The notes beneath the pieces were generated by a model, which worked only from the letters and a program-made list of their open reading frames with translations, did not search any database and was not told the DNA's origin. A program made the position numbers and the translations under genes. Of a stretch of 64,000 nt of DNA, positions 23,653 through 36,140 are shown in pieces. Source of the DNA: Narcine bancroftii (taxonomy: Eukaryota); NCBI RefSeq assembly GCF_036971445.1, contig NC_091471.1, positions 163,866,001 to 163,930,000 on the forward strand, given 5' to 3'. Every line of letters begins with the position of its first letter. The first letter of the stretch is position 1.

Positions 23653-23762
23653 TTTAAAGAAAGACTGTGAGAGGTTCAAAACAAATGAATCTGATAATCT
23701 TAGGATTTTCTTGATGATCAACTTTGCTTATTTTGCCAATCTAAAATTTATATTGCATTGAA

Positions 23763-24020
23763 TGGGGCAGCATGTATAGCAATTAGCACAATGCTGTTAA
23801 AGCACCAGCAATCAGGATTGGGGTGAGAATCCCATGCTGTCTGTAAGGAGTTTGTATGTTCTCCCCGTGTCTGCATGGGTTTTCCCTATAGGGGCTCCAT
23901 TTTCCTCCCACCCTTCAAACTGTACCAGCGGTTGAAGGTCATTTGGGTGTAATTAGGTGGCACGGCTTCATGGGCCAAAGGGTCTGTTACTGTGCTGTAT
24001 GTCTAAATTTTTTTAAAATT
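23763..24020 (+). mobile_element. tRNA-derived SINE, near full length
   Basis: Core ctgtctgtaaggagtttgtatgttctccccgtgtctgc and CR1-like tail gggtctgttactgtgctgtatgtctaaa. Confidence 0.88.
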
Positions 24021-24457
24021 GCATTTTCCATTTGTAAACTTTTTATGTCTTTCTTACAATTTCCATCTATTTTTTTTAAATCCTGCTTTTTGAAATATTG
24101 CACATTTTGTGGAAATGCTCCTGAATGTTTCCAATGTCCTTGCACACTCAGTTAGAGGGTTAATCATCAGTAGATTTTCAGTTTAAATATTCTGTCACCT
24201 CCACTTCCTGCCTACAGAATGCAACCTAAAAGATTGGATATTTCATTTCCTCTTAGATATCTTTCATCTCCTTTTAATCATAGCTCTTTTTGAGCTCATA
24301 ATTAAAATCTTGACTTTTATGAACTAAACATTTTATTTTCAGAAATAATTGATCTGCTGTTTCTTCCAAGCAAACAGGTAGCTTCTCTGGTTCACCTGCT
24401 CAACTTAAGATGAAGTTTATTAACATCTGACTGTCCATCCATTTACAACCAGATGAA

Positions 24458-24603
24458 NNNNNNNNNNNNNNNNNNNNNNNNNNNNNNNNNNNNNNNNNNN
24501 NNNNNNNNNNNNNNNNNNNNNNNNNNNNNNNNNNNNNNNNNNNNNNNNNNNNNNNNNNNNNNNNNNNNNNNNNNNNNNNNNNNNNNNNNNNNNNNNNNNN
24601 NNN
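24458..24603. other. Assembly gap (146 N)
   Basis: Run of N characters. Confidence 1.
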
Positions 24604-24734
24604 AGTTGTGACTTTAATGCTTCTGTACCTCCTTCCTGATGGTAGTAGATCAAAGAAACTCTGTTCTGGATGGTAATTTGTTTCCCATTTTCAGGATAAA
24701 GGCAAATATTTCTAATCTTGCCCCTACAGCTCAT

Positions 24735-26646
24735 TAAAAACTCTTGTTGGCAGAGTCAATTGTATGGAAATGAATGTGTTGCCAAGAGCCAATATCTGTT
24801 CCAGATATTACTGATTCCATTACCTCAGAAGTATTTTTTCAAGATTTAAACAAAAGCATCAGGAAATTCCTCTGGAAGGGTAGCCACACAGAGTCTCTAT
24901 TGATAAATTATCATGGGATTATAAGATGGGAGGTTTAAAGCTCCCAGACTTCAAGAAATATTATTGGGCAACCCAAATAAAGTTTGTCACCTCCCTCTTT
25001 GACAGAGGAGACCAGCCTTCTTGGGCAAAAAATAGAGCTGCATAAGGTTGGAGAGAGTGTAGCAGAAGATTTTATGTATAAATGAAATTCAAAATTAATT
25101 TTGGGTGTAAAAGTAGCCCCACTTATTAAAACATATAATTAATATTTGGAATAAAATAAATGATCTGACATTTTAGGGCCTATCTCCTAAAATGTCTCAA
25201 GTTCACTATAGGTTTATTCCTTTAACAATGCACAATAAAATCCTCAACTCCTGGTCCCAAAATGTGATCATGTGTATCGAAGATTGTTATGAGCAGGGGG
25301 ATTTAATATCATTTGATCAATTAAAAGCCAAATATGGTGTAACTAATAATACTATCTTATTTAAGGGACAAATTGGGCCAAATGATGATCTTAACACAGA
25401 GCAGTGAAGTAGAGACTTTGGTTCGAAAGGGGACTACAAAGAAATTTATTTCACGAGCATATTGCCTACTTCAAATTGGTACCCCAAAACAGGGGTTACA
25501 TAAATCTAGACCAGTGGTTCTCAAATTTTTTCTTTCGACTCACATACCACTCTAAGTATTCCCTATGCTATTTGTGATCTGTAATTAGTAAGGGATTGCC
25601 TAAGGTGGGATGTGGGTGGAAAGAAAAAGTTTGAAAACCACTGTTTTAATCATAACTAATTGACTCGTTATGTGGACGGGTTCATAACAACAAAGGAAAT
25701 GGGCCAATGACAATTTTTCTCAAGCAAAATATTTCAGTAACAATTGGGTATAGAGCAGTGATTCTCAACCTTCCCTTCACACTCACATACCATGGGATCA
25801 ATACTGATTGATTAAAAAAAGCTTGTCCGACTTATGCCGGACTTATTCATGCCAATGCTATTCACGTAAGGTATAGATGGGCACAAAACAATTTTTTGCA
25901 CCAACAATATCTTAAACTGCAAAAATTACACAAATTAAAATCAGAAATATCAGATCAATGTTTTAGATGCAGTGAAGAAACAGGAAACTTTTTATTTTCA
26001 ACCTGGTCCTTGTCCAAGGTGAAACCTTTCATGGAAAATTTGGGAAATCTAAAATAAATCACTAAAATTCAATTTATACAGATACAAGAATTGTTTATAT
26101 TAGGAAATATATCAACTATAAGACTTAAAATGAGGCTGTTAAATTAGTATTTGTAAAGATCCTATTGGCGGTGACCAGGAAGTGAACAGTGGTTACCTGT
26201 AAATCTGATTCCCATCTAGATATGACTCATTGGAAAGTGGAAATAGATGCTTGTATTACCTTTGAAAAAAGTACAGTTTTTCTAAAAATTTGGAGTCTAT
26301 ATCTTCAACACATAGGTGTAGATTCTTAATGATGCCCCCCACCCACCCTTGCCCTCGGCCCCCGCATCCGGGAACCATCCAGGATATTTGTCCCTTGGCA
26401 GAAGATCGATGAATCCAATGAAACCTTTTTCTTTTTCTTCTTCTGTTTTTTTTCTCTCTCTTCAATTATATTGGCTATTTCTTTCCCTTTGTCCTCTGGA
26501 TGAATGGGAGGGGAAGGGTTAGGGCTTGTTCTTTTTTTTCTTGCTCAAAATCAGCATTGAATGATAAGATTATGTTTCTTTTATGTAATTGATGAATTTC
26601 ATGTTCTCATGTTGATTTTAAAATATAAATAAAATAATTAAAAAAC
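24735..26646 (+). mobile_element. L1-clade LINE 3' part (ORF2 C-terminus and 3' UTR), interrupted by a hAT MITE
   Basis: LVGRVNCMEMNVLPR, GGLKLPDFKKYYWA and DQCFRC zinc-knuckle region; A-rich tail at 26620-26646. Confidence 0.85.
25512..25792. mobile_element. hAT (Charlie-like) composite MITE, truncated
   Basis: Unit cagtggttctcaaa...tttgaaaaccactg (25512-25643), then a spacer, then the start of a second unit cagtgattctcaacc. Preceded by atctagac; homologous to 48190-48543. Confidence 0.8.
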
Positions 26647-26939
26647 CTTTACACATGTTCTTGGATCATCTATTGATTGATTTTTAATACTGATGTTTTT
26701 CATACATTTTCCTTGACATTCACTTCTTCCCTCAGTGTGATGGATTGAACATACTTCCAATTGAAGATTTTGTAGAGAACTGTTGGCTACATATTATTCT
26801 TTATCTTGTCTCTGAAATAGTAGAATCAGTTGCTAGCTCACCGCTATGTGCCTAAAGATGGGGTCAAATGAAGCTGATTGAAGAAAATGGATCTTCTTCT
26901 TTTGAACATGATTAATTACTAAAATAAATGTGATAAATA

Positions 26940-27140
26940 TACTTCAGTGATCAGACAGAAGCTGGAAAGACTCTATGGATCAGGCAGCATCCATGGAGAG
27001 AAACAGACAGTTAACATTTCAGATTAAGACTAAAGTTGGAAGGGGAGATATCAAGCATAATAAAGGAATGGGTATTGGGGAGAGGCTGAGATGATAGGGT
27101 ACTAGACAGAAGGTGGGAGAGGTGGAGAGACAGGTAGGAG
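26940..27140 (-). mobile_element. Penelope-like terminal repeat fragment
   Basis: Reverse complement reads ...ctgaaatgttaactgtctgtttctctccatggatgctgcctgatcc..., the same family as about 28020 and 5660. Confidence 0.55.
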
Positions 27141-27689
27141 AAGAATGATGTGTTTACATAGCGATTTATTGGCATTGATTTATTGTACTTCATTTGAATG
27201 TTTTTAATCCATTTTTTGTACCTTGGTATTTATAATTAAAATATATCTTAATGTTCAATTTTAAATTGTTAAAGTCCTTGTGAACCGATTTTAAAGGAGG
27301 TGATATCAGCAGCATTTAAAAAAAAAGTTTAACGTGACAAGCTTTCAAAGGGTTGTTGTGGCATCCAGGGTCAGGGCCTTGGGTTACTTATCAAGCTGGG
27401 CCAACTTTGTTGACCAGATAATTATTGAGTGTGTTGGATCAGCTCAGCTGATCCTATGTGTATGTACTAAGCTCAGGTTGCAGGCTGATTCCAGGACCAC
27501 CTGTCAATTACAAAATGGTTTGTCTCATTGTTCCTTTTTATTTGATTCTGATGAGGAATTTTCAGAGAGATTAACTTCAAACGCTGTGCTTTCTTCTTCC
27601 GTCCATCAAGAAATTATTGCCAGCATGTTCAACTCAGTGAAAGCTGCCTGCAACTTTTGAATTAGGCATGAATATCAGCATCTTGAATA

Positions 27690-28150
27690 TCAGCCCCTTC
27701 CTTCTCCCACAGCCTTTTTATCCAGGTGCCTGCCTGTTGCTTTTTTGTTCATTCCTTGAAGAAGGGTTAGGCCCAAAACATTGGGTATATATCTTTACTT
27801 CCTATGGGTGTTGCAAGACCTGGTGAGTTTTTACTACCTGATGTGTGCAGAATGCTGCCACCCATCCAGACACAAGAAGAGTTTCTGATCATCCACCTTA
27901 TGTTAGACTTTGTGGGGCAGATGACCTCATTTATGACCTCATTCTTTTCTCCAAGTACTACCCATGCACCCCCACTGCCTCTCCCTGCAACTTAATATCA
28001 AATTATTTTCTCCCTTTTCCAGTTTGGATGAAAGGTCTTTCACCTGATATATTAACTCTGTTTATCTTATCACAAACTGACCCATACAATCTTTCCAGCC
28101 CTTTCTGTCTTTATTTCAGATTCCCATCCTCTGTGGTTCTTTGGTTTTCA
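27690..28150 (+). mobile_element. Two adjacent Penelope-like terminal fragments with decayed hammerhead-like cores
   Basis: cttgaagaagggttaggcccaaaacattg (27755) and ggatgaaaggtctttcacctgatatattaact (about 28026), each followed by a related downstream tail. Confidence 0.55.
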
Positions 28151-28949
28151 ATTACTGGAGATTGGAATGATCTTTTCACATTCTTGAGTCCTTAACAGCA
28201 TAACCCCAAGCCCTGGGAAATACTGAGGGGATGTGCTGTTAAAATCTTCTTCTCTTGCTTCTTGAACCTTGTGGTGAAACCTCAGGATTGTAGCATTGTT
28301 TTTAAAATCTCTGATTTTGTATCCTATCTGCTCAGAAATTAAATTAAAATGCCCTGTGAATGTAATAATGAATAATGCTCTTTATACATTTCTAATAACT
28401 ATTTCACATCTGATACATCAGATATAATTGGACCAGTATAGGTTCTTCAGTAACAGATATAATTTTAGCTCATCATTTTGCATGGACTAGAGTACATAAA
28501 ATGGCAAAGAATGAGTAACGCGCCTTCTAAATTGATTTAATAAGAGAACCACGGCTGAATTTCCAGGGAGTGTTTCTGGTATGCATACATTCCTAGCATA
28601 ATCTCAAAGAGTAATAACCACACATTTCGCTCCATAGAAGTAATATTTAAGGCACTTTTCCATGTAATTGCTCATTTCTTAAATAGCATCACACAATGAG
28701 TTCATCTCATCTATTGTTGGAAAGGAAAACACAGCTGGCAAGGGACAAAAGAGAAAAACATATATTTATGCAAAATTACCAGGACATTTTTTGGGGGGTA
28801 TTTTGATTCAACCATGGCATCAACAACTGAATGTTTTATTTCCCGGGCAATGTCGGATATTCTGCTTGTAAGAAATATTTGCAATAATATAAAGGATCCT
28901 GAGCGTTGTCAGCAGATCAATCCAAATAATGATAATGAAATGAGTGTTT

Positions 28950-30090
28950 ATAAAATACTGAAGGGCAACTTTTCAATGACTGCTCATTTCTGGTGTCCAA
29001 TTTTAAGGCTAATGTGAAGATCAGAAAGAGGATGCAGAAGGGATTCATCAATATAGTTCCAAGGAGAGGGATTTTATCCAGAAGATTAGACTGGACATGC
29101 TGACATGCAAAGGAAGTTGAAAGGAGATCTGATAAAGGGTAACAACTCGTGATTAGCTTTGATAGTAGGGTGAATCAAAATAAATCAAGGAGTTCAGGAT
29201 TCCTGTATTTCTTTATTTTCATGTTATAAATATAGCCATAAAAGGTGCCACTATCCTAGCCCAGTGCTCCCAACAATAAGAGGAGTCCCTGCAGTATCCG
29301 TGGATTCATCTCCTAAGCCTCCACTACCTTCAGAGTTGGGCGACTTCCTGTCCATTCCATCAGATGCAGAGATTTATCATGAGCAGGTTCAAAGTGATGG
29401 ACCACAGATACAGAAAGACTGTGGGGAAAATCTTTTATTGCACAGACAATGGTCACAATTTCCTTTCTTTTTAAAAATATTTTTTTATTGGTATTTAATA
29501 TAAACAATTGACTGATGCAGTTGTACAATATGTAATACATTTAAAATGTAGGAAAAAGATTTCAAATTTGAACATAATTCAAAAGACCAGCACAGTGTAG
29601 TAAAACATAAAAAAAAACATAACATAACAAAAAGAAAAACAACCCATAAGAAAGAGAAATAAAGGAAAAAAATTAAGTTAAAAGTTCTTTTCAAAGAATT
29701 ATCAATTTCCTTTTTTAAAAGAATAAAGGAGAAGCTTTACCATTGTCTTTCTTTCTCTTCTATAATTCTGTAAATTATAGATAATTTTTTTAAATCAAAA
29801 GTTATATTATTTGTGGTTGAACAAAGCCAATATCTGTTATATTATCCGATTTTTTTAAAAAAGGAAGAGAAACCTAAACTATCTGAAAAAAAGAAAGAAC
29901 CCCCCCCCCACCCATAGCTCAAAACCCCTGTCACTAAAGCAAGTAAATTTCAATGGTCTTTCTGGAAAAGTGGTGGAAGCAAAGTCAGTCTGGCTTTTCA
30001 AAAGAGGATTGGATGGACATGAGAGGGAATATATTTGTAAGGCTCTGGAGCACAAGAGCAGGGGATGACTGGATTCTTACATTCTGCAAC
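28950..30090 (+). mobile_element. Old CR1 fragments interrupted by a reverse L1-like 3' end (about 29468-29940)
   Basis: cagaagggattcatcaatatagttcca and ggagatctgataaagg are CR1-like; a T-rich start with tttattg at 29468-29490 marks a reverse poly(A) tail. Confidence 0.5.
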
Positions 30091-30537
30091 AATTAAAAAC
30101 ACCACAGCAGTCCTGTGATCCTAAGAAAGGTTCTTAGAAGCAGCAGGATGATAAAAGACCAGTGAAATGAAACATAACCCAGAATGTTGATTTTTAATAA
30201 AACACAGAGTCAATTAGAAATTAAACAATTAAGTCCTCTATTGCATGACACCTCATAAAATGCTTTCAAGGTGTCCCAGTTGAGAAGGCAAGAAGTCAAA
30301 CTGGAGGTTAATTTGCCCTTTGCAACTTTACCACTATTCGATAAGATGATGGCTGATCTATCATCTCAGTCACTGCTCTGCATAAGCCCCATATCCCATG
30401 ATTCCATTTATGTTCCCAAATCTCTGTTTCATGCCTCCAAAAACCTTTAGCGCAGTTCCAGATTCTTTACCTTTTCATTTCATCGCAATGCTGAATTGCT
30501 ATCCTTTATTTTGAGACTGTAAACCATGGATCTAAAT

Positions 30538-31376
30538 CAGGGGTGGCCAAACTGCAACTCATGGGCCAAATGCAGCTCTTTGACATATAATGCACAGCTC
30601 ACAGACATATGTTGACTGAGACAAGAAGCATATGAGCTGGTTCTCACAGTGGTAATTTTAGTGGACATATTTGGTATGTATACCATGTATACACATGTAA
30701 TGGGGCCGATACCGTATAAAAATCAACCCCACTGTTTTTGGCTACAGCCACCTGCCCATCTGAGCTCTCGGTGCCTCGACTGCCATCTCTCGCCCAGGCC
30801 CCATTCGCCTCCCCTCCAGAGCTCCTGATGCCTCAACATGGACTCTGGCCCAGCCCCTGGTTTCCTGCCCATCCAAGATCCCAATGCCCCGGCCGCCCTC
30901 CCATTTAAGCTCCCAACACCGTGACCTCGGCCTCTTGCCTAGGCCATCCTCCTTTTTGAGCTTCCTAATCACAGAACTCTGACTTACCACCCGGTCCTAG
31001 CCCCCCACCTGCCCATCCAATCTCCTGATGCCCCGAACGATTTGGTACTTACTGCTGTCAACAGTAGTAAGAGGTAATATTTGACCTGGAAAATTTTACC
31101 TTAAAAATTGGTCCACAAAATTCAACTGTTGCACAAGTATATATAGCATGTATATTTTTTGATTATTGAAACTAATACAAATTACCAGTTTAAAAACTGC
31201 ATGCATGAATAAATATTATTATGTACCCGTATTTCTTAATATTTAATGATATTTTTGTAACAAATGTATATGTAAGAGTGAAAACATGGATGTAGTATTT
31301 TTTCAAGTCTGCGGCTCTCAAACATCTGAAGTTTATTGTATGTGGCTCTTATATTAGGCAAGTTTGGCCACTCTTG
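30538..31376. mobile_element. hAT MITE inserted in a reverse CR1 fragment
   Basis: TIRs caggggtggccaaact and agtttggccactcttg; 8-bp flanks atctaaat/ttttaaac may be a decayed TSD. Confidence 0.8.
30683..31146. mobile_element. Putative Tc2/pogo-like MITE with internal degenerate GC-rich repeats, nested in the hAT MITE
   Basis: Decayed termini ta|ccatgtatacacatgt and gcacaagtatatatag; internal repeats of the form cctgcccatcc.agctcc..tgcc. Confidence 0.5.
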
Positions 31377-31689
31377 TTTTAAACAAACCAACGTTGGGAA
31401 ACTTCGTTCCTACATCAGCTGAGCAAATCTAAAGAATTTTACACATTTCATTGAAATCTCCTCAGTCTTCTAAACATTCAGGAGACTGCTTTATCTTGGT
31501 GGAATTGAGGATGGAAATTGTTTGGACGCAATGCAGAATGAAAGAAAATGATCACGAGAGATTGCACCTTATGAGATCCAAGCTTCCAACAAATACCATT
31601 CCACTGACTAGTCTACATGCTACTCAGTTGACAAGATCCTTCCCAGGTTCTGCAGTTATAGGAAGGCAATAATACTTTCCATTGCAGGA

Positions 31690-32045
31690 TATTTACAAGC
31701 AAGTTGAAATAAGGTAGCATTGATCAGGTAAATGCAGATCTTTTGCCCAGAGTAGGGGAATTGGTAACCAGAGGACATAGGTTTAAGGGAGGGGAGAGAT
31801 ATTTAACATGAAACTGAGGGATTTTATTTTACACAGAGTGTGGTTGTGTATGGAATGGACTCCTGGAAGAGGTGGGTGACACAAGTAAGAATGAAATGGT
31901 TAAGAAAAAAATTGAACAGATACATGGATAAAATGAGTTTAGATGTATATGGGCCAAACACAGGGAAGGGGGATGTGTGGATGGGACATTTTGGTTAGCA
32001 TAGGAAAGTTGGGCCAAAAGGCTTGCTTCTATGTTATATGAATCT
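31690..32045 (+). mobile_element. CR1-type LINE 3' end
   Basis: accagaggacataggtttaagg...tttacacagagtgtggt...ggaat...gggccaaaaggcttgcttctatgttatatgaatcta. Confidence 0.8.
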
Positions 32046-32869
32046 AAGTTGATGGTATCACAGCTGTTGATGCCACTGACATTTCTGCAATTTCCAGCTG
32101 CTTCCAGGAAAATGATGGGAATGCCTGTTTTAACAGGCAAAGTTGTTTCCCAATGCCATATAAAAGAGATTTTGAGCAAGGAGTCTTTCTCTCCCATCTT
32201 GTTAAATAACAACAACACATCTGTGGAGTTTCATCACACAGTCTGAGTCTGGAAATGTTGTCAGTCAAGCAGGAATTAGTCATTCCCTGGGGATGACCGA
32301 AAGCTGCACTGACAGACTCGCACATGCTGCTAATTACAACCACCAGGCTGTGCCTGGATGGGGGTTTAATGCTGATGATGCCATGAGAGGATCATGGGAG
32401 CCATCTGCTTTACCTTTCTTTCATCAGGCATTCAGTGACAGAGGAAGTGATTAGAAATCTACCTTGAAATGGAGCATGCAGTATTTTTTTTCATGTCTTT
32501 TAGTTCAAGAGAATGCCCAGTTTGAATTTATCTATTCTTTCTGGTGTTTTCAGAAGTAGCACAAGCCCTGAGTTCAAAGAATCTCTATAATTTTTTTTCT
32601 TCTTCTGTCAGTTATTCTTTGTAGCGTCATTGTTGGGTAAGGTTTTGGACAATCTTGCAATATCTTCTTATGTTAAAAGAAGATTTTTTTTTGCACAAAA
32701 TTGCAGGAGAAACTCAGCAACACCCAAAGGAGATAACAGGCAATCGACAATTCAGGACCGAGCTCTTCGTCAGAAATTGGAAAAATAGGTAGATACCAGA
32801 ATTCCCTTTCTAGAGAGGAGGAGAATGTCTTTAGTGTAGGCATCCCTTGAAGAGACTTCACAGTGGAAC

Positions 32870-33780
32870 CAGGGGTGGAGCCAGGTTCTAATGTTAGGGG
32901 GAGCGAGCACATAAAAAAAGGTCACATGACTTCTGTTCATTCAATATTAGAGCTTACTGCATCAATTAGAACCAAATTTAAATTATGCGCACAGCAGTGC
33001 TTAAAGAGTGCATTTGGAGCAACTTCCCTAATCTTTGTTTCGAGACATGTCACTCGATATGGAGCTTGCTCCATTGTAAGACTGACTGCAACGCGTAGTT
33101 ATTGACAGTCCTAAGTGGCCCACATCCATTCGAGCGCTTTCATCCCTAACGTCGAAGTACTCGAGATGGCAGAGGTCGACAGCATCGAGTCCACGCTGCT
33201 GAAGATCCAGCTGCGCTGGATGGGTCACGTCTCCAGAATGGAGGACCATCGCCTTCCCAAGATCGTGTTATATGGCGAGCTCTCCACTGGCCACCGTGAT
33301 AGAGGTGCACCAAAGAAAAGGTACAAGGACTGCCTAAAGAAATCTCTTGGTGCCTGCCACATTGACCACCGCCAGTGGGCTGATAACGCCTCAAACCGTG
33401 CATCTTGGCGCCTCACAGTTTGGCGGGCAGCAACCTCCTTTGAAGAAGACCGCAGAGCCCACCTCACTGACAAAAGGCAAAGGAGGAAAAACCCAACACC
33501 CAACCCCAACCAACCAATTTTCCCCTGCAACCGCTGCAACCGTGTCTGCCTGTCCCGCATCGGACTTGTCAGCCACAAATGAGCCTGCAGCTGATGTGGA
33601 CTTTTTACCCCCTCCATAAATCTTCGTCCGCGAAGCCAAGCCAAAGAAGAGAAGAAGAAGTGGCCCACCAGCACATCACAGGAGACTGAGCAGTGAGCAC
33701 ACAGTTCAAAAAGCCACCACTTCTGAAAAATATGCTCCATTCCCCCTGCAACCCCCCACCACCACTTAGCTATGCCACTG
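32870..33780. mobile_element. Putative hAT-type MITE hosting the RTE insertion
   Basis: Imperfect inverted termini caggggtggagccagg and cttagctatgccactg. Confidence 0.45.
33124..33657 (+). mobile_element. Young 5'-truncated RTE (BovB-like) LINE
   Basis: Open frame QLRWMGHVSRMEDHRLPKIVLYGEL..GAPKKRYKDCLK..CNRCNRVC..GLVSH, a (gaa)n tail, and a perfect 11-bp TSD aagtggcccac (33113-33123 / 33658-33668). Confidence 0.95.
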
Positions 33781-34394
33781 AGAGGAGCAATGGTTTTGTT
33801 TTATGACTTGAAAGTGGTATACAAATGTGTCAATGTTGGAAATGAGTGTCATCTATGGAAAACTGTGTGAAAAAGAGGAGGAGAGAGCTGAAGTTTTCTT
33901 TGTATGTTGCTATTCCCAGCATTTTTTTGTTGACGTAAAATATTTTCTGTTTTTTTCTGAAATACTGACAATTCCAGGATTGTGGAAGACTTGGAAAAGC
34001 AATGTCAATAATGTCAGCGTGTTTTGAATATTGTCAGATTTCCTAACCCACAGGGTGTCTTGGTTTCCTTTCACTCCCCAAAATGTAAAGTGTTGGTAGG
34101 TTAATTGGGTGGCATAGGTTTCAATGGCCGGAATGGGCTTCTACTGTGTGGTATCGTTAAAATTCCAAAACAAATGCACAGTAAATAAAAAGAGAATAAA
34201 GAATACAATGGTGTATTAACAATAGTTTCACTGTGCATGAGAAATCATACCTCACAAAATAATTAACTATTTTTGAATAGGTAAACAAAATAGATTGATG
34301 ACATCAAGATGGTAGCTGTTGTCTCAATGGACTTTACTTAAACCCGTGATAAGATAGGGTGGTCCAAAAAGTTATATCACATGGAATAAACTTA

Positions 34395-34625
34395 AATTTT
34401 AATTTAGATTTAGACATACAGCATGGTAACAGGCCGTCTGGTCCACAAGGCCATGCCCCCATATACACCAATTAACTTCCAATCCCCGTACATTTTTGAA
34501 GAGTGGAAGGAAACCTGAGAACCTGAAGAAAACCCACACAGGTCATGAGAAGAACATACAAACTCCTTACAGTCAGTACTGGATTTGAACCCTGGTTCAC
34601 TAACACTGTAATGTGTTAACCGGGC
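34395..34625 (-). mobile_element. tRNA-derived SINE
   Basis: Reverse complement of the 23763 family: tttagacatacagcatggtaacaggcc...aacatacaaactccttacag...ggatttgaacc. Confidence 0.88.
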
Positions 34626-34669
34626 AATCCAGGATATGCTAGCCAAATATATAAAAAATGGTCTTGTTC

Positions 34670-36140
34670 GTAGGCGAGAAGAGTGTGGAGGTAAAGTGTT
34701 AGACTTTTTATATGGGGCCTGTGACCAGTGATGTGTTCCGTGAATCAGTGCTGGGTCATCTTTGTTAATCATTTGGAGGCCAGTATAGCTTGCATGGTTA
34801 GTAAGTTTGTGGATACCTCTATAATCAGTGGCATTGTAGACAGTAAAGAAGATTATTTAAGATTACAACAGGACTGAGATGAGCAGGTGAATTGAGTCTG
34901 AAACAGCAGATGATGTTGAACTTGGATACGTGTGAGGTGTTGCATTTTCAAGTTCAAGTTTATTATCATCTGATTGTACATATACAGCCCAACAAAACAG
35001 CATCTTGCCAGACCTAGTTGTACACAAAAATATACAATACACAGTACGTAATGATCACATAAATAACTATATATATTTTTTCCTGGTTACATAATACTAC
35101 TGTCCAGCAATTTCAAAATGAAGGAAGAAGCTATTCCCTAGCCTGGCACTCCTGATTTTGATGCTCCAATACCTTCTTCATGATGGTTCTTGTTACTGTG
35201 CACTGGACGAAATAGGATCTTCTATAGTTGTGGGACATTAAACCGGGGCAGGCAGTAAGTGGCCATGGAGAGTGCTATAGGACAGAGAAGTCAAAGGGTA
35301 CAGGAACATAGTTCACTGAAATTGGCTTCACATGTAGACATGGTGGTGAAGAAGATGTTGGGGTACAGGGTACAGGAATTAGAATGTCATGTTATATCTG
35401 TACAAGGTCTGCACAGAGTACTGTGTGCTGTTCTGATCAGTAGCCAGTAGGTCATTAAGCTGGAAAGGCTGCAAAAAATAGTCATAAGAATGTTATTAGT
35501 CTGGAGGGCTTGAGATATAAGGAGACATTGGATTGGCTGGGCATTTTTTTCCCCTGGAATTTAAGAGGCTGATAAAACCAGGAGCCTCAGCGTGAATGGT
35601 CATGATCTTTTTTTCTCAGGACAGGAGAGTCTGAAATTAGGAGGGGTGGGGGGAGGGTGCAGGTTTAAGCTGTGTGCTAAACACAAAACATGTAAAAGGG
35701 ACACTGAGAGTGAGGTGCGTGGAACAAGCATCAAGAGGAAGTGGATGTGTTCACATCTTTTGTCTGTGTTAGTACTTGTTATAGTTCATCTGGACATGCC
35801 CCTTGCTGACTGTGGCTGTGCCTCCTCCCACAGACCCAAAATAAAGGCGACTGTGCCACACCCCCCTCCTCAGTCCAGGGCAGTCAACCAGTATGGTCAG
35901 ACATCCATTCTGTAGTGAATAAAAGCCTATTAGTTTCTATATAATTTCTCGTGTTTCAAAGTAATTAATGGTACAAGCAGGTACAATTACAACATTCAAA
36001 AAAATACTTAGACAGGTACATGGATATGAAAAATTTACAGGGATATGAACCAAACACAGACAAATAGGACTAGTTCAAGTGGCCAACATGGATGTGTTGG
36101 GATGAAAAGCCAGTTTTCATGTTGTATAACTCAATGCCTC
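34670..36140 (+). mobile_element. Old CR1 RT/3' fragment with inserted reverse Rex1-like tail (about 34950-35230) and an LTR-like insert (about 35670-35975)
   Basis: Decayed VTSGVPQGSVLG-like and SKFVD motifs, CEVLHF, and a CR1 tail at 36000-36140. The internal blocks break colinearity. Confidence 0.6.

Noticed and set aside
24420-24734. 104-aa ORF
   Set aside because: Artefact of translating through the N gap.
15200-28570. Shared short word gctgaa(a)tttccaggga at about 15202 and 28555
   Set aside because: About 16 bp with an indel and no flanking similarity; compatible with chance.
30745-31040. Repeat-spacer pattern resembling a CRISPR array
   Set aside because: The repeats are highly degenerate and irregularly spaced, lie inside a MITE in vertebrate DNA, and have no cas genes nearby.
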